Positions 41,164-55,738 of a stretch of DNA of 64,000 nucleotides are shown piece by piece. Origin of the DNA: Podarcis filfolensis (lineage: Eukaryota); the NCBI GenBank assembly GCA_964270895.1, contig OZ185435.1; one strand, given 5' to 3'. Position 1 is the stretch's first letter. Every line of letters begins with the position of its first letter. Both the position numbers and the translations under genes were made by a program. The notes under the pieces were generated by a model. That model did no database searches and was not told the origin of the DNA. It was given only the letters and a program-made list of their open reading frames with translations.

Positions 41164-41809
41164 TAAGACACATTAAATTTCAGCTGCCTATGAAATTGAA
41201 TGAAATCAGTCTAAATTAAGGGCAATAGCAGTCTTGATATTCTTTTGATTTGAGGTGGTTGGGGGGAAAGGGCCAGATCTTGGTTTTGGGACACCACGAC
41301 CATACTGTCTGATAGATCCACCCTCTCCCACTACCCAATGCATGGATTGGTGGCTTATCATTTTTTTCCTCTACATATGCAAATACCGAAGTGTAACAGC
41401 GTGTACATTATGGCATTGGTGAAGCAGAAGTGTACCTAGGTAAAAAATATATATCAGAATTGTATTTCTCATTGCATTGCTATTTCCCCCCTTTTAGCCC
41501 TATTAGTGAGTGCTGATAGCCATTTTTACCTAGTAAAACTATCTCATATTCCCATTGTCCATAGCATAGCTGTCAACGTTTCCCTTTTTTTAAAGGGAAA
41601 TTCCCTTATTCCGAATAGGATTCCTCGCAAGAAAAGGGAAAAGTTGACAGCTATGGTCCATAGTGGTCTTCATCAGGAGTGTACAATTAAACTTCAAGCA
41701 TAGTCCTTCCCCTTCTTGCACCTTGAGTATTTTAATGTGTTGAAACGAAATTGTGGGTTCCGTTTTTTAAGAGGCAGCTTTTGTGCCTTTCTGGTCATTG
41801 CACCTCAAA

Positions 41810-42285
41810 AAGTATATTGTAGAGTTGAAAAAGGTTCAGACAAGGGCAAAACGGTCCTGGGGATTGGAGTTCATAACATGATACGTGGCACAGAGAAAGC
41901 AGATCTAGAAAGGTTTTTCTCCCTCATTACACTAGAACTCTTGGGCATGTGGTGAAGCTGAATGTTGGAAGATAAAAGCAAGTGCATAGTTAAATCATGG
42001 AGCTTGCGCCTACCGGTGATGGGCACCCAATTAGATATCTTGGAAAGAGCATTCAGCAAAGGTTATCAGCAACTGCTAGCCACAAGGGCTATGTTGTGCT
42101 TCCATAGTAGGAGGTGATGGGCCTCTGAATACCAGTTGCCGGGAATCGCAGATGGACATGTGCCCTTGTGTTGATGTTCACCTTGCAGGCTACCCCCCCC
42201 CCCCCCGGCCATCTTGTAAACTACGGTGAGAACAGGATGCTGAACTCAATGGGCCTAATCCAGCAGGGTCGGCTTATGTTATTAT
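41810..42285 (+). mobile_element. Old CR1 3' fragment
   Basis: GAAAAAGGTTCAGACAAGGGCAA (EKVQ.RA) and tail GAGAACAGGATGCTG...CTTATGTT. Confidence 0.7.
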
Positions 42286-42313
42286 GTATAGAACAGTGTA
42301 GTACTTGATCTAA

Positions 42314-42484
<171 letters not shown>

Positions 42485-43083
42485 TAATACTTGGCTGTAG
42501 TAACTCATTCACTATAACAAGTAAAACTGCAAGTTAGAGGCAGACACCTTGTGGTCAGAGGTTCCCGCTCATGAGATCCTCCCACCAGGAAAAAGTGGGG
42601 AACAGTTTCTGCCGATTGCTCCCACCACCCCCAACCCCGAGAAGCTGCTCCAGAGGGCTGGGGAAACCTACAGAACAAGGTCAGCAAGGAGAAGTGTGTG
42701 GAATTGTTGTCCCCCACCCCACCCCTTTCCTCAATTCCACGAACAGAAGGAGCCCTTTTTGTAGATGGCTCCAACCCTGTATATGTCAATATTCCAAGCT
42801 GAGATGCTTCCTTATCTTTGCCAGCCTTTGAGAGGAGTTGTATCTCCTTCATTTATGTGGACTTCCAGTAACGTGCGGTGGAAACCTCTCCCCCAATAGG
42901 AGGGTGGGATACAACTATTTTGCAATACGCAAGTCGATTCTAAACTTGGCAGAATGCGTAAATAATCTCGATTGATGTGTTGTTTGTTTGCTAGTATTTA
43001 AAACGAATGAAAGGTGTGTAATTGTCCAGATTGCTACATCAACATTGAGCTTAGGGACTAATTAAGTTATTTGCATTCTTTAG

Positions 43084-43141
43084 ATGTCAGCTAGAGATGA
43101 AATCCTTGCCAATGGAGGAAGCCTGTCACATCATCATGGAG
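43084..43141 (+). CDS. AGPS: AGPS exon 19 (catalytic HHH motif)
   Basis: MSARDEILANGGSLSHHHG(V); 58 nt. Confidence 0.98.
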
Positions 43142-44083
43142 GTAATGTTTCCAGTTGCTTACATAGGCAGTGTTTGATACCTGTTTTTGTTAAAACTAGC
43201 ATTGTGCAGTTAAACCTAGCATTGTGGTGCTACTCGTGTTATGCAGGAGAGCTTTGGGAGACTTATCATGAACACGACTTTCAAGGTTTTGACGTGGTTA
43301 ACTTCTGCGATGATCCTGAGCTTGGTTCGGTCCATGTTTTAAAGCGAACTGATCTGATTTGCATTTCATGCCCTAATACCCAGAGCCATAACACATAGCT
43401 ATCCTTCAGATTGCACACTTCTCCAAATGTTGCGACACAGTTAAGTAGTAGAAAACGGGATGGAGCAGACATATGACTGAACAAATCTGTGAAACTAAGT
43501 GATTAGAAATAGACCGATACTTCCAACTCTAGGTAACGCCTATTTTAAGTGGTTGTCAGAAGAAATATTCTCCTGCGCGCCAGCCAAGGGGCTGCTGATG
43601 AAAACCTTTTTGCATCAGGAAGGTGGCTCAGGAGCACATTAAGCCAGTGCTTCTGGATCTGCACGGACTCCCTAATGGTTTCTGAGCACAAGTTGATATG
43701 GTAGCATCGGTAGCTAGTTGGCACTAGTCTCCCTCCTTTCCTATATGCCATCATTATAACTGCAATATGCTAAAACCAGTGGTCTGACAGTTCTTTATCA
43801 ACCCTGTGCTGTCCGTATGACTGGCAAGGGTGTAGTGGGAAGGAAGTGTCTGGGAAGGAAGGTAGTAGTATACCCTGAGCTGCCTAAGCCGTCACTGACT
43901 GTTCCAAGGCTGCAGTATTCAGTTTGGGGTTAGGCCATGTGGGTGTCTTGCCCCTGCTGTCTCATTGGTTCCTCTGGCCCTTCAAGGGTACAGCCTGACC
44001 ACTACAGCAGAGAGCACCACACAGCAGAAACATGTTGAGACCCAACGGGCTGAGCCTAGAGAATTTCTGTACATGTGTTTGAG

Positions 44084-44234
44084 AACAGTATAGCTCAGTC
44101 GGTAGAGCGTGAGACTCTTAATCTCAGGGTCATGGGTTCAAGCCCCATGTTGGGTGAAAGATTCCTGCATTGCAGGGGGTTGGACTAGATGATCCATGTG
44201 ATCCCTTCCAACTCTACAATCCTGTGATTCTATG
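44084..44234 (+). mobile_element. tRNA-Lys(CTT)-headed SINE with CR1 3' tail
   Basis: TAGCTCAGTCGGTAGAGC.TGAGACTCTTAATCTCAGGGTC.TGGGTTC.AGCCCCA.GTTGGG fused directly to the CR1 tail ATTCCTGCATTGCAGGGGGTTGGACTAGATGA...TGATTCTATG. Confidence 0.85.
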
Positions 44235-44361
44235 CATCAGGATAAATATATAAGTATATTCAAAATGTCTTACGGTTGCCTGTCCTGATCCCAGAGATAG
44301 AAATATGGCATGCAATACTGTTGCAAAAACGGAGCGTGGGAGAATTTGCTAGAATGGTGTA

Positions 44362-44576
44362 TAGTGGTACCTCAGTTTTCGGACATCTCCGTTGCCAAAC
44401 GTTTTGGTTTTCAAACGCCGAAAACCAGGAAGTAAATGCTTCCACTGCGTATCTGTTGTTTTTCACATCTTTCTCTGTTGACTTGGCAGACTGCCCTTTG
44501 CACCTCGGTTTTCAAATGTTTCGGAAGTCGAACGGTCTTCCAGAAGGGATTACGTTCGAAAACAGAGGTACCACTG
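44362..44576. mobile_element. Tc1/mariner MITE
   Basis: TA TSD, TAGTGGTACCTC / GAGGTACCACTG termini. Confidence 0.8.
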
Positions 44577-45002
44577 TACAAGGAATTATGAAGTCAATGG
44601 CTATAATCCCGGCACATTGGGTGCTTTCCCCCTCTATCTTGTAAATCGCCTTGAGATGGTTGTTTATAAGGCGATTACTAAATCAATGGTGGCAATTGTC
44701 TTCTATGGCGTAGATCACATGACGAAAAAAGCTTGAAACTCCCATTTCCCCACTTTGCCAATGGCGTTTCTGTGGTGATCTGATCTAATATTGTGTGTTA
44801 AATTCCTCCTGTGTATCTTAATGTTCCTGGAGTTTACTGTTCAGGATTAAACTGGTTGTATCCTTTTTTAAAAATTATTATTATTTACTGACCTTGCTTT
44901 TTAGTTCCTCTGTGAGGAAGAATATTGATGCAATTCCTCTTCAGTGTTTGCCCTATAATTGTGATTAATAACAGTTGCTTTCACTATCTGGAAACAGACA
45001 GC

Positions 45003-45311
45003 CTGGTTAGTCTGCCTACAATCATGTTGTGATAAATGGAGCTATTTTAACTCCGGTTTTGTGTATCAAACAAAACAGATGTAGTCTGAGACTTGGGGCT
45101 ATAAGGAATATAAAGCCTGTTTAATTCAATCTTCATGGTGTTTGTTGTTTTAAGGAAGGGACCGAATAGTTTATACAGCAGAGTTTATTCTAGAAACTTA
45201 AATAGTTACCATTTCCGCATGCAGCAACTGTTCACTCTAAGGGACACGTTCCTGAGGAGCAGCCACCTGCTGTGGAAACAAAACTTGAGACACTTAAGAG
45301 AAGTTGCTTCA
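45003..45311 (+). repeat. Unclassified interspersed repeat, copy B
   Basis: Collinear with 1553-1849. Confidence 0.8.
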
Positions 45312-46963
45312 AAAAAAATAACTTCACAAATAAACCAATAAAGAACAATAAAAAGGTTAAGTATATAGGTAGCTCATTTAACCTAAAACTCACTGAATGC
45401 CAACCTTCAACAAGAGCTAATGATAGAGAGAACATGGCATAATGAATATGCAATGTCAACTAAGGGCTTGAAGCAAAATGTTCAGCGAAATTCTCCTTAC
45501 CTTTTTCCATCCAATGGTCCAGGCGCTGATATGTTCTCCTCTCCATCCAGTGGGAGAATATTTTCATCGATTGGGCCAACTAGGGTGTACTTTCCACCCT
45601 CCCATGTAGAGCCAGTCTGGACTTTTTCTTCTTCCCTTCCATGCCCTCATCACTATTCTCCAAAATGCCAGAAAAACAGGGGAGTGTGGATTGCGGACCT
45701 TTCCATGTCTAAGACTTGCATTAGCAAGTCTTATTTCTAGCCACAGGCTGCTCAGTGTTGCCAGTTGCTGGTACCAGTCTGCAGATATGTGCTGGGGATT
45801 CACCTAAGCAGTCCCATCAGTGGAAGCCCTGAGCAAGGACTTCCCCTTCTGCAATAGTCCTCTCCTCCCTGCCCCTTCCCAAAATTGACTTGGGGAAGGG
45901 ATTGGGACAATGCCTAGAACAGTGTGTGCGCGTTGTAACATCTGGCAAGCTGCAGTGCTTGCACAGACTGGAAGAGTTTGAGGTTGAATTGCACCCCTCA
46001 GATTATGCTAAGCATAGCAGAATGTTATAACACATTTTCATTGATGATTCTGGAGTATTACGAGTATAAGTGCCCAGAAGGAAAACACCATGTGTGGTGA
46101 AAAGGCTCTCAAAAATCTACCAAAAGTTCTAGGTTCTTAAATACTGTTAGTGATTAACAGTGGTGTCCAAATTTGATGAAGTGAAGGGCCATGAGGGCCG
46201 GCCAAAGTTGTTGACCTTTTTTTAGGATTAAGTTGTTGAGGGTTTCTTTAGGATTTTACCCCAGGAAATAAACTGCCACAGGGGCCAGATTAAACAGACT
46301 GGCAGGCCAGGACTAGGCCCCCAAAGAGGATTTTGGACATGCCTAGATTAAAATGTCTTAGGCTTCATCATTTTGTGCCTGTTTCCATTGAACATATTGC
46401 TCAGCTGATTTGTGCACACAAGGTTGTGGTAAAAAGCCATTACCCCCATTTAGGTGATATTTATGGGTTAATTGAACAAATGGTGGTTGTGCATTTTCAA
46501 CCCGCAATTGTAGTTTAGAGTCTCAAGTCACCTAACTATGACATCAGAGCAGACCAGCTAATGATATTAAGAGGGAGGGAAGGCAGGTGAAAGCAAGTAT
46601 TGCAATGGATAACTGGTCAGGACTGCAAATAAGCCTAAATGCAGCCTGTCAGTCATGATAGGCTCTACACTAATTATTGCAAAAAAATACTCAATTACTA
46701 TGCTACAGGTTGACTTGCAGGCAAAAAGCCTACAAGACAGAAGCAGATCTAGATTAAAGCCACACAGCATGAATCCTTCATGCTGGTTGACACTTACGTA
46801 TGTCAATCACCCAGTGACTGCTGCAGGAACAGATACTTTGGATCTGTGAAATAGCCATCACATATCAGCTATCCCAGAATGGTCCAAGGGAGTTCGCTAG
46901 TAGAAAGTACTCACTGAGAAGTCATGGATTTATGCAGCCAGGTGGACAGGAAGTTTGTACATC

Positions 46964-47065
46964 TCTAGCTCAGTGGTAGAGCACTTCCTGTGCATGCAAG
47001 AATCATTGGCATGTTCAGGGAGGAATGAGAAAGTCTCCCTGCAGGCCGGAAACACCGGCAAGCCA
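46964..47065 (+). mobile_element. Decayed tRNA-derived SINE fragment
   Basis: A box TAGCTCAGTGGTAGAGCAC..TGCATGCA; B box missing. Confidence 0.35.
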
Positions 47066-49150
47066 TCTGATTCAAAGAATATTCTTTCTTTGTTCCTCAA
47101 GGAAGACAAAATGGTGTTGCTCTTTTTTTAAACGAAACCTTGGTTAGCCCACATAGTTGTGGTTAAGCACTAAGGACATGCAGCTTGTAACTTTATGGAA
47201 CAAAGGGGTTAATTTTTTTATCATCAAATGCGTTCATAAAGGACCACCAGTGTCCGCTGTACGGCTTCTCCTCCCCCCCCCCCGGCTTTCCGGTTCGCTA
47301 ATCAAATGTATGTTAGATTTATTATTGCAAAAGTATAAAGCATAGAAAATGTGACAAGATAGATGTGTAAATTATCACTCTGACAGAACTAATGATGCAC
47401 TCCGAGCACCTTCTGTTTTCAAGCACTTGGTGAGCGACTTCATTAAATATGCAATGGCTGTTTGGTGCAGCGGCTGAGAGATCAGTTCAGTCCCTCGTGG
47501 AATTGCATTATTACTGGAGGTGGGGGAAAGACAGGCATGCGAGCTGTCGGACATCCTGCTGTGGCTTTAATGTGCTCCATCTTGTTGGACCAGTTGTTTT
47601 CGGTCTTCTTGAGACAATTACATCCATAACCACAGGATACGTTCGCCGAAACAATATTACGGATAATAGCGGATAATAGCATAGACTATTCATTGTCTCT
47701 TTAGCTCTAACTGGAATGTGGGTGGTTGGACTTGAGAGATCTCTGCCGTCCTTGGAATGTCAGCCTTGCCATATTGAGAATAGGAATATGGTCACAGGAA
47801 AAGGCCCATCTTTTTCTAACGAAATGTGCATTTTCCATACTCTCTCCAAACCACACTGCTTATACGTTTGAGGTTGCCATATGAATTTGATGCCAATAAT
47901 TGGCTTGTGCTTTTGCCAAATACTTAGAAAACAGATCAGGCTTTTTTTTCTCCTAGCCATTGCTGTTCAGTCAGCTCTGCAACACGGTTTGTATTCCTCA
48001 GAGAGAAGAAACAAAAATGCTCTGCTCTCCTTTGGTAATCCCCATCATTAATTATTTGAACGACACTTTAGGTAGAATGGGCCATGCAAGATGGGTTGAA
48101 TTTAGTTGCAAATACGTGGAAGAGGCAGGGGCTGTGGCATATTGGCTTATACAAATGGATCATGCCCTTTGTTTGTTCGTTACATTTATATCGCGGCCTT
48201 CCTCCCAACGGAGCCCTGGTTGAAGCTAGCAAATATAAATGGGTGTCTGCCTTGATAATAATTAAATAATTAAAATATTTAAGTAATTAACAGCCATTAA
48301 AAGACACAACTGATGGTTAATAATAAAAAAATCTGTACTTTTATGTTCGAATGTTGTAGATCTGCAACTGTATTTGAATTTTTTTTAATTGTTTCATCTG
48401 GTCGCCCTTGGGCTCTTTGGGGAGAAAGGGTGGGGTATAATTTTAATTAATAAAATAAATAGATTATCATTGAAATCAGAAAACTGAGTTATGATATCCT
48501 AGGCAATATGAGTACTAAGTCGCACAAAAGTCCTGGCAACTGTCATGGCGATCTTCGTTGTACGCATAGTTAACAGCACAATCGTATATATGTTTACTCG
48601 GGCGTAAGTTCCATTGAGCTCAGTGGGGACATCCTTCCAGGTAACTGGGTATAGGATTGCAGCCTTAAGTTCAACCACCCACTTTTGTGAGAAATGTGCT
48701 TCCTGGCTTGTTAGCCAGATTTTTTTAGTAACAGCTGCATCCACTTTGTGCATGTTTAAGTGCTCAACATTTAAAAAGCCTCTTTGTATGAAAGCCTACA
48801 TATTTTTGTATATCTAAAAAAGAATAAGCCTTAGGATTGGTGTTTCCTTTGCCGTATCTCAATATATCCTGCTCACAGCGTTCAAAATATATGCAGCTTT
48901 AATTTAATTTTTAATGTGACGCACCATCTTGGCCTAAACTTTATCTAAATTTCATACTTTGTAAAGAGAGTAGGCAGTGTGGAACACAGGCTTCCTCTGG
49001 GAGTACATCGGGCTTAATGAGCTTGATAGTCTGGTGGGCTCAATAAATCAAATAAAGCAAAACATTTCTCATTTTTGAATAAAAGCATTTATCACCCAGT
49101 GTTTGTTCATTCATGGTCACAAGATTGATTGGCTCCTGCTATTATGGTGA

Positions 49151-49312
<162 letters not shown>

Positions 49313-50860
49313 GCCTGGTTACTATCCAAAGTGAAATTACACACAAAAAAGCGATCGTTTATGAGTCTCATGGCTATCCCAGTATCCAGATATAGCGTGG
49401 ACCCAATTTGAAAGCTGTTTACTCCTTACATCTTTAATTTTCTTCAGTTAAATGTGATCATACAATTTACTCATAGCACACTTCCCACAGAGTACTCCAA
49501 AACGTTTCTCACACACAACCAGCCCAAAGTATACTGATGTCAATCTAACTGATAACCTGTTTGGATGGCTTCCCCTGCTATAGTGCAAGAATAGCTAAGG
49601 CGGATACTAAATGTTTCTGTCATAGGAGACGTTCTTGACAAAGCAGCACTCCTGAGAAGCAGATGAAAAATGGGTTTATATTTCTATAAAACAGCTTTTC
49701 TACTGAAATTTTTAAACAAACAGGCGATGAAATTTATGCCATGCTGCAATTTTTTTAAAAAACAAAACCCGAAAATAATTTTGGGTTACTAGTTCCCCCT
49801 ATCTGGTATTACTGAAAGCATTAGTTCACAAAGTGTAGTCTCAATAGCATTTGTAACTTTATGTTCTGAACAATACTTACTGACTCCAAAAAGCAAACAT
49901 TTATTTTTAAATACAGAAAAACACACTATCTTTTTTAAACAAAGTGTAGTGCTTTCATAATTTTGCCCTGCTGATTCTTTTACAGGGCAAAATTTCCCAA
50001 GTAGACAAATGGTCCTGTTAATTCTGAAGTGTAATTTGGAGTTTCGGCCATTTCCATTCTGAAACAGTCTGTTTTAAATTTTGACTCCTAGCTATGAGTG
50101 TAATCATTTAGTCCACAAAAATAAAATGTCATGCTTTTCTAAACAGTATCAGAAAGCATTAGAATGGAACCTACCTTAGAATTGTTAAAATAATTTAATT
50201 CTGCCTATAAATACCTACATTTTTAGGCACCAGTTCTTATTTGTTTAAAGTTTTTTCAGATATATATATAGAATATCTGAAATTGTGACACTCACCCCCC
50301 AAAATAAAGTTTATGTTAATGTCTGCTAGCAGTTGGTAATAAATGTGAAGTTTAAATACATCTGTTAAACATCCTGTTCTAATCTCCACTAAATTTTTGC
50401 TATTTAATCTTAACCCAGCATGTCAACTCAAAGCAGTATATGGTCAAATCATAGCTACTGCATTCATGCCCTAAAACACCTTCAAAACAGACCCAATGCA
50501 TAATATCTCATCATGACGATTGTCAGTTTGCTATTGGTCTTACCAGAACTCATGAAAGCGATCCAGTTAGTCCTTTTAAAAATTTAATCCACAAGAGTTT
50601 TTTTTAAAAAATTGCAGCGTGATAGGCCTGAACAATTACTCTCTACTTAAGTCTGTACCTATAGTAAACATTAAGACTGAGCACAACATTAAGATTTTTG
50701 TTTCTTAACCATGTACAAGGTATCCTCATTGGCAACAATCTGGTTACACCAGGGTACTCAGTTTTGTTTTTGATAGGAAAAAGAGTGTTTTCATGTGCCT
50801 AATGAGCACCATATCTAGGATCAGATGTTTGTTTCAGGGAATAAAATTGCCTTTTTGATA
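49313..50860 (+). other. AGPS: Probable AGPS 3' UTR (end uncertain)
   Basis: AT-rich with no recognisable repeats. AATAAA at 50120, 50303, 50338 and 50840; another at 53151 could mark a longer isoform. Confidence 0.55.
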
Positions 50861-53601
50861 GCAAAAGTTTAATTTCCTGATTATTTTTGCTTGCTCTGAC
50901 CAAGTTTATTCTATTTTCAAATGTGTAGTTTCACTTATGGTGCTTAATTGATTTACTTAATTATTATAGGTTTCCTAACCCTTTGTTACTGAAAATTGCA
51001 CAGGGAAATGCCCTATGGGGATATTTTTCATAAGTTTATAGATAAATAGATGACAAGGAGTGTTCAAATCATGAAGTATAAACTTGTGTCTTGTTCACAC
51101 TGTCCTATCTAATGAAGTAACTGGGGGGAGCTGCAAAAAGTGGATAGGTTTTGGGGGGAAAGATACAATGCAGATTACTGTGAACATATTGTAAATTGCT
51201 TTACTTAACGTCTATTTTGCTAGACCTTATTTCGTTTTCTTCCTTGTTGAAATGGTTAAATTGTTTGGAGCGTTAGCAAGAGCACCTGTAAAACATATGC
51301 AAGTGTGTGAGTGCTAATTCAAAAGACTGAGATGCTCATTAAAAAGTGAAAATTTTCAAATGGAAAGCTATTTACAGTGTATTCATGACACACCAACAGG
51401 GCCAAAAGTATTGGTGAAGGATACGCAAGAACATCCATTTAGCTTTCTCTAATGGTGATTTGCAACATCCTACCATCTTTTCACTGAAGTTGTAAGACTT
51501 GAATCACTCACTCTTGACTAGGCTTCCAAAGGACCATATATGTGCAACCATACACAATGCCACCATTCTTCTGGCCTTCAGGAGTGACATCTGGGAAGAG
51601 ATGGCAGAGAACCCTCCAGATCAGCATCCAGTGTGGTGCTAAAGGTTGACCAGAAATGGAGGCAGGTATAAAGCTATTTCAGAGGCACACACTTGGCTTT
51701 GGGACACCTGGCCATAATCTGAACCCTTCTGACCATTCATTTTGCTGAAGGTTCAAGATGTCTGCAGTATTGCAGTGCCTCATGGTAGAGAGGAGCTGGC
51801 ATGCAAAATGCAGTACTGCTTTCCATGCCCCCTTTCCATCTGACCAGAAGCAACTGAGAGGGGTGACCTAGAGATTCTGTGTTCTTGCTAAAACCATTGG
51901 AACCTCTCATTGAATGCTAAGCTGGTGAAGCAGAGCCTTTTTTGGTTGCTTTAAGTAGGGGATGTGTAAAAACAACAACACACCACTGCATGCTGATTGG
52001 CAAATCTGAATTCCCAGCGCAATGCTGTGAGTGTCTTCAAATAAGGGGGGACTCAAATCCCACAGGACGTACATAGTGTAACTTTGGATTCCTAGGATTT
52101 TTTAATCTTCTGTTTAAAATTTGAGCGTTGTAGCTGAACCGTCAGTGTGATACCTGGGCAGAGCATAATTCCGTTTGAAATATGGCATAGTTGGCCATAT
52201 TTTCATTTACTGTTTTACTCCAATGCCACAGTAATGGGCAGGATCCAAAGAACCAGGAAACTTATTCCACACACCTGAGGCCTTGAGTGGTGTTTGCATG
52301 CATGGAGAATTGCAATCTGTTTAAATCTGTTAGGAGTTTCAATAGCAGTTTGTGGTGTTGTGAAGGGGAAGAGAATCTAGAATCCCACGGGTGATATGTG
52401 AGCTGTGTTGTGTGCTTTTAAAAAGCTCTTTAGGTCCTGGCTAAAACCCATTTTCTATTTTGGCAGAGTTCAAGCCTGTAAAACATGTTACTGACTGTTA
52501 CATCTCTTTGCAATGGGGTTAGAAGGTTAGATGCAAGGTTCTTGCCAGTCCATAGGTTTTTTGGTTCAGAAATCTGTGGGAAAGTTGGGTTTCCTTCTTA
52601 GGAATTGTTTTACACTGAGCGTGCCTCTTATTCTAAGGACCAAACCAGGTTACGTTAAGTGTGTCTATGCACTAGAATCATAGTGGTGGTTTTTAATGGC
52701 AGTGAAGTGGGCAATGTGGGTCTGGACTGCAACACAGTAGAGAGCTAATCCCTTCTGCTACCACTGCAATCTCAGTCCAAATTGGAGTCTGCCACAGCTG
52801 CATTTTTGTTATTATTAATGCACACGCGAAGACTTATGTAACATAACAACTTTGGGGCCCTAGATGAAATTCACCAGTCTTGTCCACTAGAATACTAACC
52901 AACCAAAAACATACAATTGAGCTTTTGGCTCATAGCGGGAAACCATGTTTATCATATACTGAACAGGTAATTGTACAACTACAGTTATAATGTTGAGATT
53001 ATAAAAGCTTATTAATCAAACAAAATGTTCCTGAAATTTCTCCTTAAGCCAATTAAATTAATACTTTTTCAAATGGCTGGTTGTTTTTGATTCATTGCCA
53101 AGTAACCAGAGAGGCTACAGCAGCACCTGAAGCTTTGGGCATCTTATGGAAATAAAAAAGCTTAAGGATGTGGATCTGTAACATTAACTGGGTGGATATA
53201 AGCTCAGCTTTGGGGGAGGAAAGGAGGTTAGACCAGGCGTAACCATGGAAGAAGACAGCTGTTTTCAGGTTTTAAGAGTGACCAGCAACTGGTGGTCACT
53301 AAATATCTTGGTTGATGAGGCAGCTTCAGAGTGGTTGGATTTCTCGGTTTTTCTTTTTTGCCTACCCTATAGCAGCCCCAGGGATCTATATTAGCCTGGT
53401 ACGTTTTGGTGCAACAATGGAATACATCCTATGAACTATGCTGTTTTTGGCATTAAACTTGATTTTTGTGTGTGAGATTTTTGTGTGTGAGATGGATGGC
53501 CACATATGATCTGGGGTGGTTTGACTTAGCAGTGTAGGCTTGCCAAGCAATCCTGCAGTTGTTAGGGGTGGACACAAAAGGGGAATAGTGTGTGATCTGC
53601 G

Positions 53602-53838
53602 CAGTCAAACCTCGGTTGTCAAACTTAATCCATTCCAGAAGCCCATTTAGCTTCTGAAATGTTCGACAACTGAAGCACGGCTTCCGATTGACTGCAGGAG
53701 CTTCCTGCACTCAAGTGGAAGCCGCGTTGGACGTTCGGCTTCTGAAAAACATTCGAAAATTGGAACGCTTCTGGATTTTCGGCGTGTGGGAGCTGAAACG
53801 TATGGTAACGGAAGCATTCAGGAGCCAAGGTTTAACTG
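53602..53838. mobile_element. Tc1/mariner MITE
   Basis: CAGTCAAACCTCGGTT / AGCCAAGGTTTAACTG termini. Confidence 0.7.
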
Positions 53839-54159
53839 TGTCAGCCTCTCTAATATCTTCCTCCTAGTTCAGGCAGGCCAGCACTTAGATGCAGCCTGTG
53901 TGATTATTATGCCCCTGCACTTTTTTTATCTTTGCTACTCAGTAGCAGGAAAGTCAATGGAGGTTGTTGTGTAGTGGACAAAGGCCTCAAAACCAGCAGA
54001 AGGTCCATCCCACTAACATTCCCATTTCACACAGAATATCCTAGAAGATTAGATGCAGCCTAAGAGTATACATGGCCTACCTCTTCCTGATTTTTTATTA
54101 AAAATTTTTTGGAGGGGATGTGTGGCAAGATCCTGAAGGCAACACTGCTCAGTACTATA

Positions 54160-54402
54160 CAGTGGGTACCTCAGGTTACATACGCTTCAGGTTACATATG
54201 CTTCAGGTTACAGACTCCGCTAACCCAGAAATAGTGCTTCAGGTTAAGAACTTTGCTTCAGGATGAGAACAGAAATCGTGCTCCGGTGGCGTGGCAGCAG
54301 CAGTAGGCCCCATTAGCTAAAGTGGTGCTTCAGGTTAAGAACAGTTTCAGGTTAAGTATGGACCTCTGGAATGAATTAAGTACTTAACCCGAGGTACCAC
54401 TG
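54160..54402. mobile_element. MITE family A, orientation 2
   Basis: TA TSD; collinear with the 28674 copy. Confidence 0.9.
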
Positions 54403-55589
54403 TATTACTGAAGCTGCTAAGATATTCAGGATCAATCCATCCCAATAAGTGTGGGTACTGTCTCACTCCAGCTACCTATTAGCTGATAGAATATAAACTC
54501 CTGAATATATCAGTTTAAACTTCAAACCTCACCGAATAACTACATTGGGAAATGACTGGCGAGATCCAGAACAGACAGTTGGATAATTGTAATGTGTTTG
54601 TCTGGAAGGAGCAACACAGGAATGGGTGAAGGAAAACAGACACTTGATGTTGACACGGAACACGATGCGAGTGCAATTCATCAATCCTGAAGAAATGGAG
54701 CCCTAGGGAGCCAGAGGCAACAACCTGGGCCAAATACAGCAATTGACCTTTATCCCAAAGGCAAGAATGACGAGGGTTTCATGTCGCAAACTTCATTAGG
54801 ACAGAGAGATCCAGGGAACCCCGACTCCCCCAGCAGCAATAGCTTTCAAAATGTGATTAGTATATTTCCCCCCTCTTAATTGTTTTTTATTGAGTTTTGA
54901 TACAGAAAACACCCAAATAGCACACAATAAGCATGGCAACCTTTCAATTACATCACTTGCAAATGTAAAAAGTCCATAAACCATGTCTCTCTGATCAGGC
55001 CATTTGTCTTCTGCTATCTTCCGACAACAGTGCCGCTGGTATAACTGATGCATGTTTATGAGAGACTGAAAGGAGGGGGTGCCTACACAAACGAGGGGAA
55101 AGGAGAACCAAAAAGAGCAGGAGAGGGAACTCTAGTGACTAAGTAGGTCAGGGATAGGGGACCTATATGTTGGAATGGTGCATCCAAAATACTATGCAAA
55201 GGGTTAGTGCTGTAGTATAGAATTTTGTGATGACACACACAGGCATTTTTTTCAGTTCAGTTATCAACTGTGTGAGTTTTAACTGTGAGAGCAGCAAGTT
55301 GTGTTGTGCTATGCTGCTGCCTGCCTCAGAGCCAATCTGTAAATATCAGTCCGTCCCAGATACAAATTCTTGTAAATATGTTTCAGTAAGGTAAGTATCA
55401 CCTGCCTCTCTTCTACATTCAACCTGACGAGAGCAAGTACAGCAAGCAAAAGTCATATGTTCCTTTTAAACTTTGAAAGCAAGTATTGAATGGTTGTTTT
55501 TTTCTGGGAGAAAAGACAACTATAACTATTAAAAAGAGTCAAACGACATGGGGCAGCTTCCACACAACTCTGTAAAATATAATTACAAC

Positions 55590-55738
55590 ATAATAATAAT
55601 AATAAATAATAATAATAATAATTTATTATTTATACCCCGCCCATCTGGCTGGGTTTCCCCAGCCACTCTGGGCGGCTTCCAACAAAACACTAAAATACAA
55701 TAACCTATTAAACATTAAAAGCTTCCCTAAACAGGGCT
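55590..55738 (-). mobile_element. L2 LINE 3' end with (TAA)n tail
   Basis: (AAT)n at 55591-55628 followed by ACCCCGCCCATCTGGCTGGGTTTCCCCAGCCACTCTGGGCGGCTT. Confidence 0.7.

Noticed and set aside
44084-44156. tRNA-Lys(CTT) gene
   Set aside because: The 5' acceptor strand is lost (AACAGTA instead of GCCCGGC), there is CpG decay, no oligo-T terminator, and it is fused to a CR1 tail. It is a SINE head.
54500-55060. Possible L1 endonuclease remnant on the - strand
   Set aside because: No diagnostic motif could be read with confidence.
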